NCBI GenBank assembly: GCA_905331295.1
Contig: CAJNYD010000242.1
Span: 1-64,000 of the forward strand
Source: Rotaria socialis
Lineage: Eukaryota
Reading direction: 5' to 3'
Length of the DNA stretch: 64,000 nt
In this document: positions 12,301 through 31,338 of the stretch, piece by piece
How the letters are laid out: each line of letters opens with the position of its first letter
How positions within the stretch are numbered: the stretch's first letter is position 1
The notes under the pieces: model-generated
What the model saw: the letters and a program-made list of their open reading frames with translations, nothing else
Told to the model about the DNA's origin: nothing
The model's database searches: none
Position numbers and translations under genes: made by a program

Positions 12301-14523
12301 GATACCCACATCTACTCTGGCATAGCATTACTAAGACGATCAACGATCAAAGTGGCTGCATTCAAATCAGGCGCAAATACTCCAACGGATGACGATGATG
12401 ATAAAATTCCAAATCAAGATGAAAAACAAATTTGTAATGATTCAGATGATTCATCGGCATCCATCAGTACTTCTACAAATAATCAAACATCAGGTGAATT
12501 TCAATTGAGTACAAACTGCAGTAGTCATTCGTCTGATTCGAATATACCTGTTTCATCATTATCAATGGTTGCACTGAATTCAAATCAATCATTAGCTTCA
12601 CCATTGACTCGTGCAGATGTCAATGATGGTAAACCGAAGAGTGTTGTGAGAAATTTTCTACGAAAAATTTTTGGATCATCATCAAATTCATCCCGTCATC
12701 GAATAGCAAAGTCAGCATGTGTTAATTCATCAAACGCTAATACTGGAGCCTATAGATTGCCGATTACACAAGGTCCGATGCGTTTATTCGTACTTCGACA
12801 TGGCGAAAGACTTGATCGATATTATTCATCACGATGGTTACGACAAGCATTTGATAAAGATGGAAATTATTGTCGTTTTTCGCCTATTTTACCGTAAGTC
12901 TTTGCACCAAGTATTACGATTTTTGAGAAAAAAATTCACTATAGATCAACGCACGAACTCGTTATGAAGACTTAGTCGTAGTTATTTTGTCTCGAACAGC
13001 AAATATTGATGAAGTTTGAGTGTAGCTTTTCATTTTGTTCCTTTAAGAAATAATACAAATCAGATGATTCAACGGATTTGTCTGTACCAGTCAGCATCCT
13101 CTTACAAATTTTAATATAGCTCAAGAATATACAAATAAAATGCTGCGCTAATGAGGGAGCGCTTCTTATTTCCCTTTCGATAGGCAGTTCAGATCTCAAG
13201 GGTCTTCACTTATTTTTTAAGTTCAATAACTTCTGGCGTAATTCAAACCGATCATTGTTCACATTTCTGTTGAATCAATATCGCTTGGCATTATTTTATG
13301 CGTAACTTCATAGCCAAGCTCAAGAAGAATATTGATTCGTTCCTTCGTCGATAAAAAAATCTTATGAATACTTTTCGAAAGTAAGAATTTCAAAATTTTT
13401 TTCAGGTCTGAACCTATTTAGACCGATAGCGCGTAATTTTGTTCGCTTTTCTCAAACCATAGTATGGATGAAATATTCAAAATCAAGAATTTCTTTTGTG
13501 CTAGTCTACTCGTATAACATAGGAAAAATTTTTCCACTGTTAGGATAATTCTCATATCAGAATCAAACTGACGCATCTTTTTGAAAATACATGTAGGGAA
13601 ACATTGCCAACACGTGCTTCAATTGATGATTTTGATCTTGATCCACCACTTACATGCAATGGTATGAAAGATGCTTATCACACAGGTAGACGACGCAAAA
13701 TTTGTTATTCTCTTAATTGTTTATTTTTTTATAACTAGGTGCTGGATTAAAAGAGAAAAACATTGCTATTCATTATTGCTATTCATCACCAGCATTACGA
13801 TGTATTCAGACCGCTGCAAAAGTACTTCAAGGTTTAGAAGTAGACAATAAATTAAAAATTCGGTAATTATCGAAAGAAATAACAAAGCAAAACAGTGAAT
13901 TCAAATTTTTATTATTTTTAGAATCGAGCCTGGTCTATTTGAATGTACTGGCTGGTATGTCGACGGTAGAAAAAGCAATGTATTAGCTATGCCTCAATTT
14001 ATGACGAAAACTGAAGTGCTGGAAAATAGGTATCCTATTGATAAACATTACCGTGAACAGATGAACACAATTGAAATATCTCAACTTGAAACTGAACTTG
14101 AATTTTATGAACGAAGTCATACAGTTACTTCAACTATTCTTAAAATGCATGAGAATGAATTTATTACACAAGTGAAACAAGGCCAATTGACACTTCAAGA
14201 TCACGTACATATTTTATTTATTGGTATAATCATTTGCTTGTTGTTTAAAACAATTGAATAATGTGTGCGTATGCTTTTTTTTTCTAGCTCATGCTCCTAC
14301 ATTGGAAACATGTACACGTAAATTATGTGGCGGGAGATTTCGCCCATCTGCATTAGCAAATGTTATTCGAAATGTTGACTTTTTAACAGTGAATATTGAA
14401 AATTTCTATCGATAAAATTTTGTTTATTTTCCGTATATTTAGATGACTGTTATTGAAAAAACGGATAATAATTGCGATAAATGGAAATTTCGACGGCATT
14501 CATTTTACGGCGATGAATTTTAA
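12301..14523 (+). CDS. Histidine phosphatase (branch 1), Sts/UBASH3/ecdysteroid-phosphate-phosphatase-like; at least 6 exons, 5' end unresolved
   Basis: LFVLRHGERLD, DPPLT, CYSSPALRCIQTA, RIEPGLFE and ILFIAHAPTLE motifs across spliced exons. Ser-rich N-terminal region; no UBA or SH3 domain seen. Confidence 0.85.
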
Positions 14524-14665
14524 AAGTCTTTATTTTGTTTTATAGTTTCTGTTTTTGTATTTCGTTTAGAAAGATAATATTAAATATCGAGATTTAGTTT
14601 CATATTCTAGATAAAATGCCGTCCATATATTTATAATTATTTACTTATTCATAAACAACAACAAA

Positions 14666-17600
14666 ATGAGCAGTACAGTGACAACAGAAAATAGTCCCAT
14701 ACCCATCGCCAAAATGGTTAATGATTTATTCTTACAATGGCTTTCATTACCAGATACACGCACTTCTCTATCCGCTGCATTGAACAGTGTCCGAACCAAT
14801 AGTAAAATGCCAGATTTAATCGTTTATTCGAAAGTGTGCATAACTAAATATTTCGAATCGTTCTGTTGATAAATAAATTTTTATTTTCTAGTCTTATGCA
14901 GCACGAGGTGGTGGATTTTCAAAATCGCAACATTTCGATTCACCCCCAGTTTCACCGGTACCTCGCGCACCATCTAGTCCACGTATTAGTTCATCCACTC
15001 ATTTTCCACTCAGTGAAAGCATTCCTGGTCCAAGTGGTCTAAATGAAGAAAAGAGACAACGTGCGCCGAAGAAAATATCTACCGTTTTAAATGGTAGTCC
15101 TACTTCGAGTATTGATCAGCAACAAGTGAGTTTTTCGTAAGCGTTTGTCTGACAATGGTTTTTATTCGTCATTTGTGGATGTGGATTACGAGAAAAATCA
15201 CGCCGACATCCTCGAATTCTTCGAAATTGAATATTATTAAAGTTTTTCCTGTTCTAAACGTAGTTCTGCTATTTTCTTTTCTAATTAGACATCCATAGAA
15301 AAACAGTCGAATTCCAAACTGACGAAATATGAAGCAGTGTCATCTTCTCCCTCATCGCCAACAAATGACATCCAGAATCGATCTTCAACTAATAATATAA
15401 TTACCCCATCAAAGGACATCCCATCAAAGCAATCTCAACAAACATTAATCCCACAACCAGCATCAAATGTTTCTTTGGATCAACCCTTGAAACCGACGAA
15501 TGCCAGCGTTAGTGCTTTACGAGAAACATTCGATAATAATCGATCGTCTGCAAAAATTATTCCGGCAAAAACACCAACTGAACAAATAGCACAACCAACA
15601 TTAGCACCGCCGAAAACCACTACTCAAACAGCTGTAAAAGTTGAAGAAGGGCAAAATTCAGTTGACATAATACCTAAGTTTTATTTTCCTGATGAACAAC
15701 TAGCAGCAGTATCAACACGAGATGCATTGATCAGTACACAATTACGAAAAGCTAAAGATGAATTATTTACAACAAAAAATGATAAATTACGTTCGGAAGA
15801 TTTCGGTAAACTTGCTCAGGTATAAAAAATAAGTTTTCAATGATGATACATTAAATCTATGTATATATTTTGCAGTTAATCGACTTAAGTTTATATTGGA
15901 AAGCACCATTGTTTCGTGCTTGTGCCCTAGATGCTCTAGGATCAAAAGCAACAATAACACCAAATACAACTGTGTCCTATGCGCAGTTTGAATCGTTTTG
16001 GAAAAAGTAAATATGGAAAAATCTCAATTTATTTTTCAGTATTTTAATATTACAAAACATTTTCTCAATATCTATTTAGAGTATGCAAAAATAATCATGA
16101 TAATGCATTAAAATTTATTTATATACTGATTCATTCATCTACATCAACATTATCAATGAATCGTCAACATTTAACTGTCGACGATTGGGATTATTTCGTG
16201 CAAGATATCATAGATACACATCCTGGCTTAAAATTTCTCCGTGATGCGCGTGAATTTCATTCAAGATATATTAAGACAGTTGTTGCACGAGTCTTCTACA
16301 ATTGTAATCGTTCATGGTCAACGAGATTAACCGTACAAGAATTGAGGCGATCGAATTTTTTACAGGTAGAATTTCTTCCACATAGCATTTATTTCATTGA
16401 AAAAGCAAAGTATAAATAGAGAATCCTCTGTGTGTGTCACTCGAGAAAATCTTAAATAAAAAACTGTGAACTTTTTACACGACGCATTCGTCATTTTAAA
16501 CAGCTGCAGTCTTTACAACGAATGAAAGCTTTTTACAGGATTTAGAATAAAATAGATTTTCTCTTCTTTTCTTTAGACTCTCGATCGACTTCAAGAAGAA
16601 GAGGATATTAACCGTATACATGATTATTTTTCGTACGAACATTTCTATGTTATTTATTGTAAATTTTGGGATATTGATACCGATCATGATCTATTGATTA
16701 ACAGGGATGATTTAGCCAAGCATAATGGTGGAGGTAAATATACTGATTTTTATTTGAATTAGGAAATTCAAAAACAAAATACTTTCTAGCAATTTCAAAT
16801 AAAATGATTGATCGAATTTTTTCGGGTGCTGTATCGAAGTAAATTAATTTCGTTTCTCTCTTCTCTAATCATTTTTTATTTTCTTTGTTTTATTTTTGCA
16901 GCAGTCCAAATATGAAAGAGGGGAAAATGTCCTATTATGAATTTGTATGGTTTCTTATTTCTGAAGAAGATAAATGTTCACCAACCAGGTAAAATTTTAT
17001 TCATATTGAAAAATTCTTCGGAAATTAAAAATATGAACGCATTATTTTAGTATTGAATATTGGTTTCGTTGTATGGATATAGATGGAGACGGTATTTTGT
17101 CTATGTATGAATTAGAGTATTTCTATCAAGAACAAGTACATAAAATGGAAATCTACGGTATTGAATATATGCCATTTGAAGATTGTATATGTCAAGTAGG
17201 CATGAATGAGAATGATTTCTTTAAATGATTTGTTGGATTTGCGTAGATGCTTGATTTGGTTAAGCCTGAAGACGAAAATAAAATACGTTTAAAAGATTTA
17301 AAACGATGCAAATTAACGAATATTTTTTTTGATACATTTTTCAATCTCGAAAAATATTTAGTTAATGAGCAAAAAGATCCATTTTCAAATTTGAAAGTAA
17401 GACGACTGATGTTCGTTTTATTCTATGCAGTGAATTGATTTGTTTTCTAGGATCCCGACACGCCTGAAGTATCTGATTGGGTTAAATATGCTGAAACGGA
17501 ATATGATAATTTAACACATGAAGACGGAGGCAATGACGATCCTGACGATGGGTAAACTGAAAAAAGAACGAAATATTTCTTGTCTAATTCTTTAACTATT

Positions 17601-17716
17601 GTAGAAATTATGATGAAGATTTTGAAGATGATGATGATGGAGCTGAAGACTCAAAAGATAGAAAACCGGCTGGTAGTACGGGTTCGGCTTCAAATAATAA
17701 AAGTGATGATTTGTAA
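14666..17716 (+). CDS. PPP2R3A/B: PP2A regulatory subunit B'' (PR72/PR70 family, EF-hand), multi-exon
   Basis: [99 protein letters not shown]. Confidence 0.93.
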
Positions 17717-18129
17717 AGCGAACCGAAACGTTGGAAAGATTGATCATTAAATATTGATTTAGTTTTACCCAGACGTCTTTCCTTGCCTATATGAGCACTA
17801 TTTTTGTTCTCAATCGTTAACTGTTTTTTGTTTTTCTTCGCTATCTAACGCAATCTCCCAATAATTTTATGTCATTTTTTTTAGTTCTTCGTCTTGTTTG
17901 ATACGCGAACATGATGTACAAGAACATTGCACTTTAGAAATCGATTATTTTATTAATGAAATTTTTTAATGTAATTGAATTCATGGTCTAATAAAGTACC
18001 ATTTGTTGAAAATGATCACTTGATTTCAATGTAAAACTATAGTGTGAGTGTGAAGGTTTAGTACTAGTTAACTGCTTTAGTTTTTCGATGAAGATTATAC
18101 CAAAATATAATCTTTGATCATCGGATTGT

Positions 18130-18700
18130 TCATGTGCAGCTATAGTGGACACATGCGTTGCACGTCTGCAAGTTTGCTAGTATGATCGTATCTGCTATTT
18201 TTCTATTCGTGAAATTACTATCAGACCAACCAGCTACTTGTGCATCTAAAAGTCGTATTCTTTCGTTGAATGCTTGAAGATTTTCTTTCGCAATTCTTTC
18301 TCCATTATCAATGCTACTTGCCGTTGATATTCCGGTATTAGATTAGTCAGAGTGTTGCGTTCAGTTTGTAATGCTATTTTGGCCGAATTTGCATCCTTGA
18401 CTGCATCTGTGCAAACTTGAATTTCATATTCAAGTGAACCTATTGTACTTTTGTTTGTTCCTTTTTCATGAGCTTCACAGTAATTCCAATTCCAAAATCT
18501 TCATTTTTTGTAACTCATTTTCGTGTCGACCACTCACAGCTTCTTGAAATAAAACTGAGTGAATTTCGATCAAATTTTCTCGAGCAGCTTCAACAAATTT
18601 CTCTAATTCAACTATGTATCCAACGGATAATTGATTTCCCAAATTAATCACAGCCTTGTCATCATCTTTTGACAACAAATTTTCCTAATGTAGCTATTTG
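18130..18700 (-). pseudogene. Decayed intronless coiled-coil-like coding relic
   Basis: ORF 18475-18678 (ELEKFVEAARENLIEIH...LELELL) continues after a frameshift as EAHEKGTNKSTIGSLEYEIQVCTDAVKDANSAKIALQTERNTLTNLIPEYQRQV. No family recognised. Confidence 0.35.
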
Positions 18701-19519
18701 ATCACGATCATCTTTTGTAAATACTAATCGATTATACAATCTACTTGATGTAGTAGCAAGTTTTTGTTAAAAGAAATTCAAAGCCTTGCTAACACTAAAA
18801 TAAAATCACACTCTTGCAATGTCTTTTCTCTTTTTTTACGTCCATATTTATATGTTTGGAAATCAATGAAAGACACCTTCTCATATGTGAGAATGCTAGC
18901 TTTCACGTTTTTAGAAAGACAGAATTATTTTTTCTAAAAACGAAAGTGTGAGTGTTGGTTAAGATCTTCAGTTGACTGTAGATATTGATCTTCTCATTAA
19001 TAGGCACAGCCACACCCTGGCTACACAATTCTGTGGTTTTTTGAAGAAGTCAATACTTATAGAATAGAATTCTTGTGATTTTTTTAAAATTCTGAATTCT
19101 ACTTGTTAGGTATTCGATAGGTCCTCATTTAGAAGCATCATGGAAAATGCATTATTTTCCTAATCGAAAAACAGTGATACATAAAGATAAATCTTTCATC
19201 TGCGTCCGATCTTACGGCAAATGATATTCACAAAAGTAAACAAAGAAAGAAATTTTACGGTTCAAACAAGAAAGCACAAGGCGGACGAATTGATATAAGC
19301 ATAAAAATGGAAAAATTGGAATGAAGATCTTGAATTCATCGACGACTTAGAGACGGCGTTGAAAAGCCTTATTTGACTTCATACCACAACCAAATTCTAT
19401 TTTTCATTTTTTTGAATTTTATTCATTAAAAATAAATTTCGATGATTTCATTGAAAACAATACATCTAGGTTAAAAATAGCTGTTGTTTTTATTTAGACT
19501 AATCACTGGATTATTGCTC

Positions 19520-25239
<5,720 letters not shown>

Positions 25240-25615
25240 GCCTTGTATTATGTACTATGTCTATGAAAATAATAGAATAAACAAGAGAATAATGTGCCAC
25301 TTTTAAACGTGATCATGATAAACAAATTATTTATAGTCCATTTTTTCCGACGCTGTATTTCTCAATACTCATGACATGCAGAGAAAAGCAAAGAAAATGT
25401 TTCAGCTTTTTATTTCTTTATTTGGTTAACAATGACTCATTCAAGTTAATATTGTGACGTAGGTAATTAGAATAAATATGTAATTATCATAATGTAAGAA
25501 TGATAAAAAAAAGAGTAACAACTGTATGTGATTGTGAAGTTTATCAAAGAAAGATAAATGATAAACAAGAAGACTCAGCTATGACAGATCTGGATTTTTT
25601 CTATAGAACAATCGG

Positions 25616-26183
25616 AATTTTATAATTTTGTTTTTTCTCTTCCTTTTGTTTTAATGTTTTTTATTATTAATTATTTTCTGATTTTTTAATAATTAATTAT
25701 TTATATTTTTAAGACATTTCGGAGATATCTTTCTCCTTCTTCAGTTTTATTTTATTTGGTGTTATGTTTGTTTTTACTATCTATATAAATAGTAAAAACA
25801 AACATAACACCAAATAAAACGATCAGTAAACGGTCGTATACGATACAAATACGGTCCGTTTTACGTGCCGTATTTTCCCCGTATAACGCGGTCAGTAATA
25901 CGGCCGTATGTTCTATAAAATACGATAATATTACGCCGGCTTTACGAGGTTTTACGACGGAATACGATGCAAAAACGACCGTTTACGGTCATGTTACGCC
26001 GGTTTACGGTAGTCCGCTTTGATCAACCTGGGATAACACCAAATAAAATAAAACTGAAGAAGGAGAAAGATATCTCCTAAACGTCTTAAAAATATAAATA
26101 ATTAATTATTAAAAACATCAGAAAATAATTAATAATAAAAAACATTAAAACAAAAGGAAGAGAAAAAACAAAATTATAAAATT
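25616..26183. repeat. AT-rich palindrome (arms ~165 bp, centre TATATA at 25782-25787) with an interrupted right arm
   Basis: 25616-25780 is the near-perfect reverse complement of 25789-25819 plus 26049-26183. Confidence 0.9.
25820..26032. mobile_element. One-ended fragment of a CCCAGG/CCTGGG CMC-like element, same style as 2399-4358
   Basis: TTTACGG/CCGTA-rich, ends in ACCTGGG. Flanked by a 16-bp direct repeat ATAACACCAAATAAAA (25804-25819, 26033-26048). Confidence 0.75.
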
Positions 26184-26275
26184 ATAATGACCTTCCTAAA
26201 CACATGTAATAAAAATCGGAATATACCAAGTGACTGCGCAAAGACATTACAATAAATTATCGCAGTAATAAACAA

Positions 26276-26554
26276 CCCATGTCGCACAAACCGATCGAAA
26301 ACCGTCAGTTAACCGCGGTCAATTTTTATAAAAATCGGTTGACCGCGGTTATTTAAGCCATTTTAGCGACTTTACAGCGTAAAAACCAACGGTTAACCGC
26401 GGTTAACCTCCCAGTTAACCGGACAAGTCATCGGTTATGTCGCGAGCTGGCGGTTATTTTTCCGGTTAATTGGGAGGTTAACCGCGGTTAACCGATTTTT
26501 ATAAAAATTGACCGCGGTTAACCGACGGTTTTCGATCGGTTTGTGCGACATGGG
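26276..26554. mobile_element. 279-bp CMC-type MITE with 2-bp TSD
   Basis: ~75-bp TIR CCCATGTCGCACAAACCGATCGAAAACCGTC... Internal TTAACCGCGGTTAA palindromes. AA on both sides. Confidence 0.92.
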
Positions 26555-26929
26555 AACTTAGCAAATATATAAATCTTATTCGATTGAATGTTTTTCTTTA
26601 ATCAGAAGAAAATGAGTCGGTTGATACTCTATATCCACTGTTCGAGCAATCAAGCAAACTATAGGATTTCTCACACATCAATTCTGGTGTTCTGAGTCAA
26701 AGAAAAAATGCAATTTTTTATAGGTCTGCACATGTGCCACAGGCAAAATTCGTTTTTTAGTTAGGCGCAAAATTTGAGAGAATTGTTTATTTGATTTATA
26801 TTTATAAATGATTTTTTAATACTCATTCCGAGTCGCCGAAAAAATTTTAATTGCTACAAAAACATTTGCTTTTAATAACATATCCACAATTTTTATGCTG
26901 ATTTCATAATCATCGTGAATCATCCGCGT

Positions 26930-27260
26930 GAAATTTAAAAAAAATTAAATAAAAAAATTTCTTTTCTCGTTTTTCGTCTTTTTCTTTTTTGATTGGGTAT
27001 ATAGAGAAAAATGCTTCGTAATTCATGTGTAATCAACTACGATGAAAATTTTACACGAAGTTAAAAGAAAACGTTAAATAAAATAAAATAAAATAAATTT
27101 TTCTGGTCGATCATATACAGAAAAATGGTTAATGAGTGATTTCTAATCAACTATAATAAAATTCTGCATTAAATTAAAAGAAAAACTTAAATAAAATTAA
27201 TAAAATAGTTTTTTTTCGTTTTTTTTTTGATCGGGCATATAGAGAGAAATGCTTATTTTA
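26930..27260. repeat. Three degenerate ~120-bp tandem copies
   Basis: ATATAGAGAAAAATGCTT-like marker near 26999, 27113 and 27237; TAATCAACTA and TTAAAAGAAAA recur. Confidence 0.6.
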
Positions 27261-27886
27261 TTTAAAGATGATTTTTAATTATCATGTGCATTGAGAAACG
27301 TCGACAAAGTTGAAATGATATATAATCATTTCATTAAATAATATACGAGTGATTTTTGTTTTGATTTCATAAATTTGAAAAAATTTTTACATTAATTGAA
27401 AAAGGAACAATCAAGTAAAATTAAAAAAACGCTTTTCTTTTCAATACTATTTTTAGTAGTACATAAGATGAGCCTTGTTCTCGCATAGTAACCACTGTCG
27501 CATTCAACATTTTACATATAGTGGCTACTAACTGATATTGAATACCGTAAAATTTTTACTGATGATCTCTTTTTGCTTTGTACTAGCAGTAAGATCTAAC
27601 TTATGATTTGCAAGGTTTTTAATAAAAAAAATAAAAATAAAATTGATTCTTCTAAATTTACTAAAGTTAGGACAACAATAGTCTCTTTGAAAATTAGATA
27701 ATATAGCTCTAGAAGAGGTTTATTTTCTCTATCAACCCTTAAATGTCTTCTTTTATAAAAATAAATTTATTTCACAGATTATATATTTTACATATGATCA
27801 TATTAATTTCTTTGTATACATTGTTTCCTCACAACAATACACAAAACAAAAAATGCTTTTCCATTTTACTTGTAACATAATAATAA

Positions 27887-29792
27887 TCACTCTATTATTG
27901 CAAAAGGAAAATAATCTTTACAAGATTTTGGATATTCGATTTTTAGGAATAAACATAGTTCGTTTACTTTGGTACAATTAATTCGTGTATCATCTCGTGC
28001 AAAATCATGTGTTGCTCTTCGTAATGCTTCATAATGGGTATCAAGAAGAATATTATTTCGGAAATATGTTTTCGTATTACATAGAAATTCGTCAATATAA
28101 TCATCATGAGCTCGATCTATATGAAGATCGATAAGATTATAATATTTAGCAATTGATAAATTCGACTTATCATTCATTAATTTGTAAGATTCTTTCTGAT
28201 TTTGTCAATAACGATTATTGATAGTTAATTTTTCCATGCATGGAAATGATTGAGATATTCGAATAAAAAATTCATGTTCAAAAGGATGTTCATCATATAA
28301 TGATACAACGCGAACATATGGATATAATCCACCTGCAAAATTATTTGTTATATATTCGAAACGTCGCATCCAAAATGGATATGAATAAATATGACACAGA
28401 CCCTGTTGATGGTCTAGAAAATAATCAACACACGATATTATTTTCGTATATTGCAAATCGGTGAATGTTTGTTGAATGTCTTCTTTCGATGGTAAGTTCA
28501 TTTCATTATTAATACACATAACCGAACGAATATCAAATGTAAATTGTTTTAATTGTGACATATGATTAAGAATATGTTGCTTCAAATTGTTTCCATCAAT
28601 GAATGTTTCCTTGACAGTGGTAGTGAAAGACAAGCCAAGTTCTTCTAAATTTGCCATTCGATAAATAAGTGGAAGAATTAATTTATCATAATTGGATGTT
28701 TGTGACATACAACACAAAACAAAATCCTTCAGATTTGGAAGTTTTCTCTAGAGAAACAAAAGCGAAAATGAAATCAAATTTATTCTCTTGTAAAACGAAC
28801 TTGATTTTCAATTTCTTTTAATGGAGGGAAAAGATTAGCCAATTCAATATCGAGTGTATGAAGTTGTCCGAAACGACCATCGAGAATATAAAGACACACA
28901 TCAAAAGTTTGAACCTTGATTTTCAATACGAGAAGAGATGAAGACGAAAAAGTAGGAAATGGAACATCAAATGATAATCGAGCATTATTTTGATGTGCGG
29001 CATCGTAAAATGTTAAATGAGTTAAATTGATAAACACAGTAAAGACATGATTGCATATGTTATTCATTGTCGACCGTTCGTTTTTATCTGGATCAATTGA
29101 AATAACAAGTGTTGCAATTTGTTTTTTGAAAATAGAAGCTGAAAGTCTTTCATCTAAACACGTAAATAATATTAAACAATGTAATCAACTTTTCATATAA
29201 TCAAAGATTAAGACAAATAGCCAAACGACTAAGAGAATATTTAATAGGAAGGAATTTTCCCATTAGAGATAATCTCTCCTTGAAACTGAGTCCATAATAA
29301 ATTTTGTTATAGAGTAATGATCATTATTTTTTAAATATTATTTTCCTTTATATCAATTGGTGTGGTTTAGTTTGGCTAGAATTAATAAAATACTATTAAG
29401 ATTTCCTTACCGGTAAAAAGACATTTAGCTGTCTCTTCTTCGATATTATATAGGCCGAGTGCATATAAATTAGGATAATCAGCAGCATCTAAAATATTTC
29501 TCATAGATTCAGATTCAAGATCCAGCCATTTGATTTTCGTACGAATTGTAGGTAAAATTTGTGAACAAAATCGATTAAGTATCATATCAGAAGAAAATTT
29601 CTTGATATATTTATTGAATGACAATTGGGGAAAGCTTAAACGACTTGTAAATATTGGATCATGTATAATTTTATTAAATCGTTCATTGACTCCTTGAAAA
29701 GAATAAAGTACTTCAAGATTGTCCAGTTTTTTGAATATAATTAGAAGAATTTCATCCGGCAAATTATTCAATTCGACACATGAATATTTCAT
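27887..29792 (-). pseudogene. F-box (N-terminal) / LRR-like gene, 3 exons, with an in-frame TGA in the last exon; truncated allele or pseudogene
   Basis: F-box LNNLPDEILLIIFKKLDNLEVLYSFQGVNERFNKII. ORFs 28205-28717 and 27887-28177 share a frame and are separated only by TGA at 28207-28205. Confidence 0.8.
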
Positions 29793-30209
29793 ATTTTTTT
29801 TTTCGTTTATTTATTTATTTCACTATAGAGAAGTCGATAGCTATCCATCTATCTACATATATATGCATATATCTGTTCGTTAATTCTGTTTGACCGATGC
29901 CGTCAACAAAAACAATAATAATGCATTTTTCGATAGTCTAAATTGTTCATAATCTGATGAATTTATGATTAGAAGAATGTTACTGTTATTTGTTTGTCTT
30001 TTGTTTAATATGATATATGATAAATATGAATTTTTCTGGAAAGATATTTTGTGTACGATGTTCATTTCTTCGTTTATTTTTCTGTATTCATTGGAAAGAT
30101 TAAAAATTGTAATATTTAATGAAAATGAAAATACAACATATAATATTATTTGTGCTCGATTAGATGAGTAGCTGTCGAATTCGAGTTCGAATATAAATGG
30201 AGAAAAGAA

Positions 30210-30260
30210 AAAGTTAAACTAAACTAAATCTAGGAATAGATTTAGTTTTAGTTTAACTTT
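30210..30260. repeat. Small near-perfect hairpin
   Basis: AAAGTTAAACTAAACTAAATCTA-GGAA-TAGATTTAGTTTTAGTTTAACTTT. Confidence 0.75.
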
Positions 30261-30342
30261 CCGATATATGCGCCATATGAATACATATATACCCTTCACC
30301 CGCACCCACATTTGAGCACTCCTCCATGGCATCCATCGCCCA

Positions 30343-31337
30343 CAGGGTTACCAAATACAAATTTTAGAAATCAGGGAATTTTTGTGAAAAATCAGTTTTT
30401 CAGGACAATTTTTTCCTAAATCAGGAGAAAAACCAAGAGTGTCTTTTTTGACATTCAACAGTCATTCGATGATTTTTACCTGAAAACTTCCGATTTTTCA
30501 CTAATAGATGCATTAACCTCTTTTCCTATAATGGGATTGATGCTGAAAATTTTCCTTGTAGACGAATTAAAATTGAAAATAGAATGCTGATTTCATAAAG
30601 TTTATTTAAATAGATAATTAAAACGTGTTCATTAGAATACATAGTAAAAACTACTCAACCAATTTACTCAGCAATTCGTGACACTTTTGCGACGTGATTC
30701 AACTTAAATCTAACAATCGAATATATGTTTCGAATCATAGAGTTCTGGTCAAGTAAAATAGACAGTGTTGCCAGATCCCCACATCTTCTGGAAAAATTCC
30801 AGATTTCGAAAGTTTTTCCGAATTTCCAAAGCTTTTCTCGATTTTTTTCTAGATTCCGAAAAACAAATCCCGGAATTTTTTGGATTTTCGAGACTGACAT
30901 CAGGCAACCTTCTTGGTTGTGCACTTTTTAATTTAAACATATGTTGTATATATGTATAAAGAGTATGTTTGTTTCGAATCCGTGAGAGTAAAACGTATTT
31001 TAAATGAACAAACGGATCCAAAAAGCCTTTCCGCATTTTTTCAACATTTGAAAAAAGCTCCGCAAGTTTCCTGACTTTCAAGTTCGAGATCTAGCAACAT
31101 TGTAAATGAGTGTTCATTTTAATCTTCAATTCAGCTCCAACTAAATTATGGCTCATTTGATTTCGCCTATCATTCCATATATAAGCTTAACGTCTCCATA
31201 AGCTGGTTCTTTTTTCTTGGAAATCGCTATAGATTCAAAACGAAGTTAATCGTCACATTACAAAAATCAGGAGAAATCAGGATAAAAGTTTCAAAATCAG
31301 TAGATCCCTGGTCAAAACAGGAGATTTGGTAACTCTG
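30343..31337. mobile_element. hAT-like non-autonomous element containing a nested MITE
   Basis: TIR CAGGGTTACCAAAT / ATTTGGTAACTCTG. AATCAGG subterminal repeats at both ends. Flanks do not form a TSD. Confidence 0.75.
30763..31102. mobile_element. Nested hAT-like MITE
   Basis: TIR CAGTGTTGCCAGATC / GATCTAGCAACATTG. TTCC(G/A)/TTTCG subterminal motifs. Confidence 0.7.
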
Positions 31338-31338
31338 C

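Noticed and set aside
30664..31081. Four overlapping ORFs
   Set aside because: They lie in the repetitive interior of nested MITEs.
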